This document shows, one piece after another, positions 7,987 through 16,526 of a stretch of 64,000 bases of DNA. Below the pieces are notes generated by a model, which ran no database searches, was not told the origin of the DNA, and saw nothing but the letters and a program-made list of their open reading frames with translations. Location: IMG/VR virus record IMGVR_UViG_3300049048_000052, positions 187,781 to 251,780 of that record; one strand, written 5' to 3'. Position 1 is the first letter of the stretch, and each line of letters opens with the position of its first letter. The translations under genes were made by a program, and so were the position numbers.

Positions 7987-8390
7987 CATTAAACATAGAT
8001 GACTTAGTCCTTAAACTTAAGAGGACCCATAATCTGCTGACCACTTATAAATTGTTTCAGAAGTACCCTGAGATTAAACAGGTTAAAGTAAGGTTCTCTA
8101 ACCAATATAACGATTGGGGTGGTTATGATGAGGTTATTGAACTAAAAGGTGTGGGACTCTTTGAGGATAAAGCAGAAGAGTTCACAGCCTCTATGAAGAG
8201 GTTTGCTAGCCCAGACCTTAATTTAGAAGAGATCATAGAATGTGGTTCAGGATACCCGCAGCAACTTCATTATATTGAGGATGAGGAAGTCACTTATACT
8301 AATCCAGGCCCCGAGGTTATAGAGAGTAATCTACTCAGTATTGAGGCTATGCTCTGGGGCATCAATAAGTTAAATGAAGTACAGGAATGA
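7983..8390 (+). CDS. Hypothetical protein (paralog family C)
   Basis: LKRTHNLL, KYPEI, YNDWGG, GYP and YTNPGP. Confidence 0.85.
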   Translation: MTLNIDDLVLKLKRTHNLLTTYKLFQKYPEIKQVKVRFSNQYNDWGGYDEVIELKGVGLFEDKAEEFTASMKRFASPDLNLEEIIECGSGYPQQLHYIEDEEVTYTNPGPEVIESNLLSIEAMLWGINKLNEVQE

Positions 8391-8824
8391 GTAGCGCTAA
8401 TATAGGTGTTCTAGTAGAAAAACTAAAGATAACCCATAACTTGCTAGAGACCCTAAAGTTCTTTCATAAATATCCTCAACTTGATTATGTGGTGGTTAAA
8501 CACTCTAATAACTATAACGATGAGGGTGGGTTCTATGACTCCGTGTCGCTGTATGACTTTGAGATATTAGAGGGACAGGAGCAATTCCTATTGGAAGCCT
8601 TTAACTTCAATGTATGTAACCCTGATCATATATGTGCCTTTGATATAGAGGATACCACTGGATATCCCAACACACTATGGTTTACCTATGATGGGGATGA
8701 GGTTACCTACCACAACCCTGGACCTGATAAGGCAGCCGCTTACATTGATCATACAGAGACTACTATTAAGGGCATCAATGCCTTATTTGAACTAAACGAT
8801 ATGTGTAAGGGTAAGTATGAGTGA
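8387..8824 (+). CDS. Hypothetical protein (paralog family C)
   Basis: LKITHNLL, KYPQL, YNDEGG, GYP and YHNPGP. Confidence 0.85.
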   Translation: MSSANIGVLVEKLKITHNLLETLKFFHKYPQLDYVVVKHSNNYNDEGGFYDSVSLYDFEILEGQEQFLLEAFNFNVCNPDHICAFDIEDTTGYPNTLWFTYDGDEVTYHNPGPDKAAAYIDHTETTIKGINALFELNDMCKGKYE

Positions 8825-9254
8825 AAGTCTGGCAACCGGCATTATAAAAGAGCTGAAAAAGTTACACAATGCATTGAGAACTCTAGAGTTCTTTAAGGAA
8901 TACCCTCAAGTAGAGAGCCTTCAGGTTGAGTGCTGTAGGAGCTATGATGACCATGAGTATTATGATGATATGCAACTGGTCAAGATAGAACTTATAGAGG
9001 GTAGAGAGGAAGAGTTCTGTGACCTAATACAGGTAGATAGGACCTACTGGAAGGAGGAGGGCTTTGGGTTTGAAGTAGAACCCCAAACTAACTACCCTCA
9101 TGAGTATCTCATGTATATGCACGATGGTTATATAGTCGATTATGTTAATCCAGGGCCTGCCTTAATAGATTGTAATATAAGATCTATTGAGGGAAGACTT
9201 AGGGCGATAGCAGGTTTATTACATATGGACTTAGAGGAATATGACTATAATTAA
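8817..9254 (+). CDS. Hypothetical protein (paralog family C)
   Basis: LKKLHNAL, EYPQV, YDD, NYP and YVNPGP. Confidence 0.85.
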   Translation: MSESLATGIIKELKKLHNALRTLEFFKEYPQVESLQVECCRSYDDHEYYDDMQLVKIELIEGREEEFCDLIQVDRTYWKEEGFGFEVEPQTNYPHEYLMYMHDGYIVDYVNPGPALIDCNIRSIEGRLRAIAGLLHMDLEEYDYN

Positions 9255-10371
9255 AGAAAGTCCTACATACATCAGTAAAGCTAAGAAAGGTAATGATAAG
9301 TTCTGGAGGATAGCTGTACTTGAGAAAGGCACATCTTATTACACCAGACAGGAATACTGGCAGACCACTAATGATGGCACGGATAGTGTCCATCAGTTTA
9401 GTGAACCTAAGCTCATTACACCTAAGAACGTAGGTAAGAAGAACGAGACTAGCCCCCTAGCACAAGCCCTATCTGAGATGGAGTCAACTATACTCCGATA
9501 TAAGGATAAGGGTTATCATCTAGAGGGTGAAGACGCGGCTACCCTCATACTACCTATGCTTGCTATGGAATATAGTAAACGTAAGGCAGTCAATAAGGTT
9601 ACATGGCCTATGTATGGTCAACCCAAGTTAGACGGGGCCCGTTGCTTATACAGTAATAAGACTGGATTCTATAGTAGGATGGGTAAACCTTTCCTAGCTG
9701 AGGTTACAGCTCATATTCACAGACCAAGTATCAAGGATAGCTACATACTAGATGGAGAGCTTATACTACTTAGGCCCTATACTTTCCAGGATACAATGAA
9801 GGCCATCAAGAAGTTTAGGGAGGACCTAAGTCCTCAGCTAGTATATGTAACCTACGATGTTATAGATACTGAGAATCTAGATATGCCCTTCATTGAGAGG
9901 CTAGACTTATTAGATCATATCCATTCTATCTTTCTATCTAGAAGTATGGTGACCTGTAAGACTGAGACTCTAGTCGACGAGGAGGATATGCTTAAGTATC
10001 ATACAGAGATTATCCGATTAGGCTTCGAGGGCACAATGCTTAGGGATCCTAACTCTACCTATAGTATTAATCATAGGAGCGCTGGGCTACTCAAGTATAA
10101 GGACTTCCTTGATGATGACTTTGAGATCACTAATGTAGTCTCAGGTGTGGCTAAGTTCAAGGACTGCGGCATATTCGAATGTAGAACCAAGGATGGTCAG
10201 ATCTTCTCTGTAACACCTCAGGGCACCCTTGAGGAGAAGCAGGAGTACCTCAAGAAGTCCAAGGAGTTAATTGGTCAGTTACTTAAAGTTAAATATCAGA
10301 ATTTATCAGAGGATGGTATACCTAGATTCCCAGTGGGTATAGGTATACGAGATAAAAATGTAGAGGGCTAA
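9241..10371 (+). CDS. ATP-dependent DNA ligase
   Basis: QPKLDGAR, LDGE, EGTMLR, LLKYK and PRFP motifs. Confidence 0.95.
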   Translation: MTIIKESPTYISKAKKGNDKFWRIAVLEKGTSYYTRQEYWQTTNDGTDSVHQFSEPKLITPKNVGKKNETSPLAQALSEMESTILRYKDKGYHLEGEDAATLILPMLAMEYSKRKAVNKVTWPMYGQPKLDGARCLYSNKTGFYSRMGKPFLAEVTAHIHRPSIKDSYILDGELILLRPYTFQDTMKAIKKFREDLSPQLVYVTYDVIDTENLDMPFIERLDLLDHIHSIFLSRSMVTCKTETLVDEEDMLKYHTEIIRLGFEGTMLRDPNSTYSINHRSAGLLKYKDFLDDDFEITNVVSGVAKFKDCGIFECRTKDGQIFSVTPQGTLEEKQEYLKKSKELIGQLLKVKYQNLSEDGIPRFPVGIGIRDKNVEG

Positions 10372-11664
10372 ATGTTAGATGATATTACTATTCAAAGGCT
10401 AGAGAGATTAAAGAACCACATAGGCCTGTCTAGTATACATCCTGACTTCAATACTAGAGGGGCGTCTAATTGCCCCTTTTGTAATAAGAAGGGTAAGGGT
10501 TATATAGTAGATGACCAGTTCTTCAAGTGCTATAGCAGTAGGTGTGCTACCCAAGGCGACCTCGTATCTATCTATAGGAAACTACACGGACTAGAGGGTA
10601 AAGGATCATTCTTTACAGCCATATCTGAGTTAGAGAAGCTAGCAGGACTATCTGATCTTACTGAGACTAATGATGAGAGATCTGAACTCTTAGGGGAGGT
10701 AGTTGACACCTATGCCTCTATCCTATGGACATCCGAGGGTAGAGAAGCACTCAAGTATCTAAAGAGTAGAGGCTTTGATGATATTAGCCTTAATATGTAC
10801 CAAGTAGGATATGCACCACAAGGTTCAACCCTACTCAAGTATGGCTTTGATATTAATAAGCTAAGTCAGCATCAATTATATGATAGGCGCCATGAGAAGG
10901 AATACTTCTCTAATCGTATTACCTTCCCCATTAGGGATATGCAAGGTAAGTATGTTCATATAGTTGGTCGTTGGTTAGGTGATGTACCCAAGGATGAGAA
11001 TGGGGATGATAAATGGCTAAGGTATAAGGACAGTAAGGGTCCAATTACTAGTAAGAACTACTTCGCCTTTGAGCATCTAATCCCTGCTTTTAGTCTTAGG
11101 AACAAACCATACCTTGTATTAACTGAAGGGTTCCCTGATGCACTAACCTTAAATCAGGCAGGCATTCCTGCTATAGCTATCCTAGGACTTGAAGGCCTTC
11201 TTAAACAGTATCAAAAGTTTAAGGATCTAGAGGAACTAATAGTCGTAGCTGATAATGATTACTTTGCTGAGGATCATCCATTATATCCGCTTGAATATAA
11301 GAGTTGGAGAAGGTTGATACCACAACTAGTAGAGCTGCAGATCATGCTACCTCAGGTCAAGATCAGTTGGCTTATGGTACCTGAGGGCGGCACCACTAGT
11401 AGAGGTATTAGCTATAGCTGTAAAGATGTTAATGATTGGTATAACAGATCTGGTATGAGCAGTAGAGATCTACAGGCTCATATCATAGCTAATAAACAAG
11501 AGTTAGTACCTACCCTCATAGAGAAGTGGGGCCCAGATCTTAGTAGACACTTATCCTTAATTAGGTTAATAACTGCTACGGGCTCTGATGTTAGGCAACT
11601 AGAGAGATATATACCTGTGGGCTGGAGTCCTATAACGTACGCATCTCAAGTCTTCTCTTCATGA
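10372..11664 (+). CDS. dnaG: DnaG-type DNA primase
   Basis: Zn finger CPFC...CYSSRC, YLKSRGF, RITFPI, TOPRIM EGFPD and ADND. Confidence 0.92.
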   Translation: MLDDITIQRLERLKNHIGLSSIHPDFNTRGASNCPFCNKKGKGYIVDDQFFKCYSSRCATQGDLVSIYRKLHGLEGKGSFFTAISELEKLAGLSDLTETNDERSELLGEVVDTYASILWTSEGREALKYLKSRGFDDISLNMYQVGYAPQGSTLLKYGFDINKLSQHQLYDRRHEKEYFSNRITFPIRDMQGKYVHIVGRWLGDVPKDENGDDKWLRYKDSKGPITSKNYFAFEHLIPAFSLRNKPYLVLTEGFPDALTLNQAGIPAIAILGLEGLLKQYQKFKDLEELIVVADNDYFAEDHPLYPLEYKSWRRLIPQLVELQIMLPQVKISWLMVPEGGTTSRGISYSCKDVNDWYNRSGMSSRDLQAHIIANKQELVPTLIEKWGPDLSRHLSLIRLITATGSDVRQLERYIPVGWSPITYASQVFSS

Positions 11665-11703
11665 TTTAATTGATCCATTGATTGGTACTTAAACTTAAGA
11701 ACC

Positions 11704-12267
11704 ATGTCGATAACTAATATAATTAATGTCTATGATCAAGCTACCCAAGCTGATGTACTAAAGGGTAGCCAGTGGTATTCTAATGCCCGTCTAATAGCAG
11801 AGCATATGAGTAGAGAGTATGATGTTCCAATAGAACAATGTGTTGCAGTCATGTCAGCCCTCTCACCTAGAAATAGATGGGAGAATAACATAGAGGATGC
11901 AAGAACTGTACTAAGGGCATTCAAGGAAGGTAAAGGTGAGGGGGATGTTAAGGTACATACCTTCAATAAGAATAAGACAAAGGCCTTTGAGGTATTAAGG
12001 CAGGGCAATCCTGGACTTGTAACTACCTCTAATAAGACTAGGGCCTTCTTTGATAATATAGTTAATCCTTATAGTGACAAGGTGACCGTGGATGTACATG
12101 CTTATAGTGTATATAACGGAGAACGCCTAAGTAAACCAAGTATAAGTAATAGTAAATATAAAGAAGTTAGTGATAGTTATAAGGAGGCCGCAACTCAGAT
12201 AGGGGTAAAACCTTATGAGTTACAGGCTATAACCTGGGTAACTTGGAAGCGTATAAATAAGATATAA
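11704..12267 (+). CDS. Phage protein with helix-hairpin-helix DNA glycosylase-like features (DUF7178-like)
   Basis: WY, ALSPRNRW, KTRAF, VTVDVH (compare EndoIII VDTH) and LQAITW. Confidence 0.6.
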   Translation: MSITNIINVYDQATQADVLKGSQWYSNARLIAEHMSREYDVPIEQCVAVMSALSPRNRWENNIEDARTVLRAFKEGKGEGDVKVHTFNKNKTKAFEVLRQGNPGLVTTSNKTRAFFDNIVNPYSDKVTVDVHAYSVYNGERLSKPSISNSKYKEVSDSYKEAATQIGVKPYELQAITWVTWKRINKI

Positions 12268-12285
12268 GAACAAACTATAAATATT

Positions 12286-12960
12286 ATGCAGAGTGCTATA
12301 CATATAGAAACTGGAGGCTCAGACAATGTAGTTGGACCTATAGTAGGAGTGGGTATAGCAATAGATGATCATGAAGTAGCTGCCTTAAGGGGATTGCTTC
12401 ATATAGCTATATCCCCTAATAGATTACGTGATATAAACTATAAATCCCTTTATGAGATCTTAGAGGTCCTAGATAAGGTCAATGGTAATAGGGAATCGCA
12501 GGGTCAACCTAGACTCATGAGAGGGGATCTGATAATAAGGAAGGCCGACTGGCTAGATTACTATGGTAAAGAGTCCTCCATATTAGGTATGATCCGCAGC
12601 TTAAAGCTCAGAATGAGAGCAGAGTATGGGGTCAATACAAAGGATATAAGCTGTACTGAGTTAGATCTAGGTGGTCCTGATATAGGCAGTGTTACTTCCT
12701 TATTAGCTTATATACACTCCCGTGCAATTAGGGAGTCCTATATTATTAATTATGATCTACACTTCCCTGGATTAGGTCTTATTAATCATAGAGGTAAGTT
12801 AAACAAAGAGCATATAAGGCGCCTAATGAAAATGAGAGTTAGGCCCGACTTCTATATATCACATTTATTAGTAGAGCTATCAAAGGAATTAGATGATGTT
12901 ACTACAGAAAGTAATAGATACGTGTCTGGATTACCAAGCGCAGAAGGGAATCAAACTTAA
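12286..12960 (+). CDS. Degenerate RNase HII-like protein
   Basis: ETGG..VVGPIV N-terminal strand and FPGLGLINHRG...KEH C-terminal motif; canonical DE pair reduced to IE. Confidence 0.55.
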   Translation: MQSAIHIETGGSDNVVGPIVGVGIAIDDHEVAALRGLLHIAISPNRLRDINYKSLYEILEVLDKVNGNRESQGQPRLMRGDLIIRKADWLDYYGKESSILGMIRSLKLRMRAEYGVNTKDISCTELDLGGPDIGSVTSLLAYIHSRAIRESYIINYDLHFPGLGLINHRGKLNKEHIRRLMKMRVRPDFYISHLLVELSKELDDVTTESNRYVSGLPSAEGNQT

Positions 12961-13234
12961 TGAGTTTCTGTTAGATCTGGATAGCCATGTGTGTCAGGCG
13001 GACTTCTTGGTAGGGGATGACGTACTGAATGCCTATGTAGACTTTATGTCTCACATAACTACATTAGGTAAAGCACTTGGTATGTATGGAGAGGAGAAAG
13101 TCTTTGATCCTGCTGCTATAGAATCATTGAGGGATCCTGCATTTGCATCTAAGTATCTTCAGGTATTTAGAGGTAAGAGATTGGATGCCCTATCAAAGAT
13201 CAAGGAAAGCAGGACTTCACAAGTGCTAGAATAG
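12893..13234 (+). CDS. Hypothetical protein
   Basis: ORF in operon orientation; AAGGA upstream. Confidence 0.7.
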   Translation: MMLLQKVIDTCLDYQAQKGIKLNEFLLDLDSHVCQADFLVGDDVLNAYVDFMSHITTLGKALGMYGEEKVFDPAAIESLRDPAFASKYLQVFRGKRLDALSKIKESRTSQVLE

Positions 13235-13265
13235 AGTCTGAAAAAGACTATATTTATATTGATTT

Positions 13266-13802
13266 ATGGTTAAGAAGATATGTGTTGTAGGGATAGATCC
13301 AGGAATAAGAGGTGGTCTATCCTTACTTATAGGAACTAAGAATAAGATAGAGTATTGTGTAGCTAAGGCTGCCCCTACTATTAGTGTTGAGATCAAGAAG
13401 AATAAGTTTAGGGATAGAGTAGATGAGCTATCTATAGTTCCACTTCTATCAGGTTGGAATGTGTCTTATAAGATTGATGGTGTCTTCATCGAAAGGCAAC
13501 ATGTTATAAGCAAACAGGGCCTGGTTAGTAGTGGTGTGACTATGGAGGGTTATGGTCTGTATAAAGGTATATGTGCTGGACTTGGTCTAAAGTACTTTAT
13601 ACTAGAGGCCAAGGAATGGCAGGCAGATTATGACTTTAGTAGTAACGATGATACTAAGGATGGAAGTATTAGTTGGGCTAAGAGACTATTTCCTAATGTA
13701 GATCTATTTAGGAACTCTAGGTGTAGAACAGAGAGTGACGGTATGTCAGACTCTCTACTCATAGCTCATTTTGGTTTAAGTCATTGGGATGATATTAATT
13801 AA
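13266..13802 (+). CDS. ruvC: RuvC-like Holliday junction resolvase
   Basis: VGIDPG, VFIE and DGMSDSLLIA. Confidence 0.9.
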   Translation: MVKKICVVGIDPGIRGGLSLLIGTKNKIEYCVAKAAPTISVEIKKNKFRDRVDELSIVPLLSGWNVSYKIDGVFIERQHVISKQGLVSSGVTMEGYGLYKGICAGLGLKYFILEAKEWQADYDFSSNDDTKDGSISWAKRLFPNVDLFRNSRCRTESDGMSDSLLIAHFGLSHWDDIN

Positions 13803-13808
13803 TTGATT

Positions 13809-14927
13809 ATGCATAAGATAAATGAAAGTAAGGTATTAAAGAGTAAACCCAAGACTTACTCTGTCTCTAGGCTAAAGACCTTTGAGAGATGTAGTTATGA
13901 GTACTACCATAAATATGTATTGGAAACTCCTATGGAGAGGAAACATACACTTAGTACTCTACTCGGGGGCCTTATACATGAATCCCTAGAGTTCCTCCAT
14001 ACTACTGATAGGGAGGATATTATTAAGCTTATAGATGCTTTCCATGTCATAGTACTTGATTACCTCATAAAGAATAAGGTAATGGGGAATGTAAGTAGGG
14101 AGGAGGCTGAGGGTGTCGTATCTCTATTAGAGTCCTATAGTAAGGATATAGCTCTCCTTTATGAGAGAGCCTCTGAGAACTATAGAGGGGCTGATGCTAT
14201 TAGAGTAAAGGGTGGCGGCATTGCATCCAACCCCACGATGACCACCGGCTGGAAGAATGCTGAGATAGAACTTGATCTACCTAATAGAAGAACCATCATA
14301 GAGAACTTCTTAGCTGATAAAGGGTCCGATGAGTATTCACATTTAGTACCTCAGCTATATGCTGACGCATATACTATGTGTACTGCATATAAGACCCCTA
14401 CTGAAATTAGAGAGATAGTAGCATTAGAAATGCCCATCTCACACTGGTCTAAAGAAGAGATGAAGCTTATCAATCCTGTTAAGATGCCAGCTACCTATGG
14501 GGGTAAGAAGAGCATATACCTTAATGGTTATGTGGATCTTATCGCTAAGGTAGAGGTAGACGGTCACACGGGTATAGCTATCATAGACTATAAGACTGAT
14601 AAGGCGGCCTACACTCAGGATGAGGTCTCCTGCAATCGTCAGCTTATGACATATGTATATGCCTATGAGATACTCACAGAACAGCAGGTTGACTATATCG
14701 GTATTAATAATATTAGAAATAATAAGCTCGTACTATCTAAGATTGATAGGGAGAAGATGGAGGTGGCCCTTGGGTCTCTCTTCTCGGCACACCTATTAAT
14801 TGATAAGGGTCACTTCATTAAGAAGACACCTGATAGTGCTTATTCGCCATGTAAGGACTGCTATGGAAAGGCATGTCCCTTCCTAGAGTTCTGCTGGCCT
14901 CATACTTATGAAATATTAAACAGTTAG
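13809..14927 (+). CDS. PD-(D/E)XK exonuclease, Cas4/AddB-like, with Fe-S cysteines
   Basis: YSVSRL..FERC, GGLIH, GYVDLI, IIDYKT, QL..Y and a C-terminal Cys cluster. Confidence 0.88.
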   Translation: MHKINESKVLKSKPKTYSVSRLKTFERCSYEYYHKYVLETPMERKHTLSTLLGGLIHESLEFLHTTDREDIIKLIDAFHVIVLDYLIKNKVMGNVSREEAEGVVSLLESYSKDIALLYERASENYRGADAIRVKGGGIASNPTMTTGWKNAEIELDLPNRRTIIENFLADKGSDEYSHLVPQLYADAYTMCTAYKTPTEIREIVALEMPISHWSKEEMKLINPVKMPATYGGKKSIYLNGYVDLIAKVEVDGHTGIAIIDYKTDKAAYTQDEVSCNRQLMTYVYAYEILTEQQVDYIGINNIRNNKLVLSKIDREKMEVALGSLFSAHLLIDKGHFIKKTPDSAYSPCKDCYGKACPFLEFCWPHTYEILNS

Positions 14928-14936
14928 GAGAATGAC

Positions 14937-15107
14937 ATGGGCGAGCTAATAGTTTGGCTGGTTGCAGCTTTAGTAACTATGTGGACCTACAATGACTTAG
15001 CCACACATCTATGGCAAATACCAACAGTTAATTATTGGCAAGCCCTAGAAATGACCCTGCTTTTAGGAATAACAAGGCTGTTAGCGCTTGTGGATAGTCT
15101 AGAGTAG
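14937..15107 (+). CDS. Small membrane protein, 56 aa (paralog family D; not in ORF track)
   Basis: AGGAG RBS; translated by hand MGELIVWLVAALVTMWTYNDLATHLWQIPTVNYWQALEM...DSLE*. Confidence 0.7.
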   Translation: MGELIVWLVAALVTMWTYNDLATHLWQIPTVNYWQALEMTLLLGITRLLALVDSLE

Positions 15108-15143
15108 TTTTATTGATTGACCTTATAAGTTAGGTTAATAATA

Positions 15144-15371
15144 ATGTTGAAGGATAAATCACTAGTAGAGTTCCTAGTCCTAGCCGCTATATTTATAGCT
15201 TTAAGGGTTGCCCTAATAGCATTTTCAGCTTGGGTAGCCCTTATTCTTTATAATAGCTTTGCCCCAGGACTATGGAGTGTTAGGGAAGCTACTTATAATG
15301 GGATGATACAACTCTTAGTTTTCTATGGAGTACTCTACGGTACTTGGGCATCTAGTACTAGTAAAGACTAA
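15144..15371 (+). CDS. Small membrane protein (paralog family D)
   Basis: Hydrophobic; YNSFAPGLW..TY resembles YNDLATHLW..NY of the previous ORF. Confidence 0.75.
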   Translation: MLKDKSLVEFLVLAAIFIALRVALIAFSAWVALILYNSFAPGLWSVREATYNGMIQLLVFYGVLYGTWASSTSKD

Positions 15372-15478
15372 CTATAAGCCCGCTTGCACTTGCTAATTAC
15401 ATACTTCTGTACTAATCTATATGTGTATACGTATAATATAGGCTACTTAGGAATAAGTCCTAAGTATGGAGGTACAAT

Positions 15479-15832
15479 TTGGCACGTGCGCATAGTGGGC
15501 TTGATAGCCTAACAAAGTATCTAAAGACTAGGTTCCCCTGGAAGGAAGAATGGTATTGTGAAAGGCTAGAGGCAACCTTCACATATGAGGAAGTAAAGGA
15601 AGCCCTTAAGAGACTTAAGAAGACTGACCCTAAGTTGCATAGACTCTTAGAGTACCGTTGGCTAAGTCATAGGAGTAGATCGGCTATCGCTAACTCCCTA
15701 TATATGGACAGTTCTACATTGAAGAGGTCCTGGGATAAGGCTATGAACACCATAGTTAATTGGTTGAATCATGGTATCCGTGAGGACCTAGTAGAAGAAC
15801 TAGATGCTATAGATCTATTGCAATATGACTAA
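15479..15832 (+). CDS. HTH transcription regulator, sigma-70 region 4-like
   Basis: GGAGG RBS before TTG; RLLEYRW..RSRSAIANSLYMDSSTLKRSWDKA HTH pattern. Confidence 0.7.
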   Translation: MARAHSGLDSLTKYLKTRFPWKEEWYCERLEATFTYEEVKEALKRLKKTDPKLHRLLEYRWLSHRSRSAIANSLYMDSSTLKRSWDKAMNTIVNWLNHGIREDLVEELDAIDLLQYD

Positions 15833-16526
15833 TACAGAAACTCTTATTAATAGTCTATTGTCCTTTAGGGATAGGTTCTCAGAACAACTGCTTAAGTCTA
15901 AGTTAGCAGGTGTTGATGTATGGTCCGGACTCATGGAGGAGTTGGATGGTCTTATAGATGTATTTGATAAGCCTATAGAAATTGATCCTGCATATCTTAA
16001 GAAGTCCTCCATTATCGATAGGTTAGGCCTGGGCTTCCAGGTTATAAAGCTATATGAAGAGGACTATAAGGAGATACAGATAGGTGAGATTCTTACTAAT
16101 CAGACAGGCTTAACTATCACTACTGCTGAGGTTAAGAAGTGGCTTGAGATTAATAAGAATGATCTAACTATTAGTAAACCTGTGGCCCTTAAAGGTTCAG
16201 TCTTTGATACTCAGGCTAGGATGCAAGAGATCTTTGAGGATTTATATATCCGTATAGATACTATTAGAGCTAAGAGTGAGGATGCCTATAAGGGTAATAA
16301 AGTAAGTAAGGATGAGGTTGAACTAGAGTATTTAAAAGAAGTAAGACAATTAGTTAAGGACGCCGCTAATATAGTATCAGCAGTGTCCACCATGAATAGG
16401 GTTAATGACTTCCAAAAGTTAGTCATAGAAGTAATAGGTCAAGTAAGTCCGGCCGCCCAACAACAACTATTAAGAAAGCTGAATGAGCATAGAGTAATTA
16501 TGGGGAGTTTAATACCTCCTAGTTAG
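15825..16526 (+). CDS. Helical hypothetical protein
   Basis: Long ORF coupled to the HTH gene; last gene of the + arm. Confidence 0.75.
   Translation: MTNTETLINSLLSFRDRFSEQLLKSKLAGVDVWSGLMEELDGLIDVFDKPIEIDPAYLKKSSIIDRLGLGFQVIKLYEEDYKEIQIGEILTNQTGLTITTAEVKKWLEINKNDLTISKPVALKGSVFDTQARMQEIFEDLYIRIDTIRAKSEDAYKGNKVSKDEVELEYLKEVRQLVKDAANIVSAVSTMNRVNDFQKLVIEVIGQVSPAAQQQLLRKLNEHRVIMGSLIPPS

Noticed and set aside
12252-12283. T4-type late promoter TATAAATA (two copies)
   Set aside because: AT-rich context in the replication arm; not seen consistently before structural genes; likely chance
13809-14927. CRISPR-Cas system, suggested by the Cas4-like nuclease
   Set aside because: No repeat-spacer array or other cas genes seen; stand-alone Cas4/AddB-like nucleases are common in phage recombination modules
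1213-16012. Short - strand ORFs at 1213, 6537, 9199, 11736 and 15815
   Set aside because: Antisense to well-supported + strand genes
15825-16526. Terminase small subunit assignment
   Set aside because: Size and helicity are compatible, but there is no diagnostic motif, and it is on the opposite strand about 10 kb from terL
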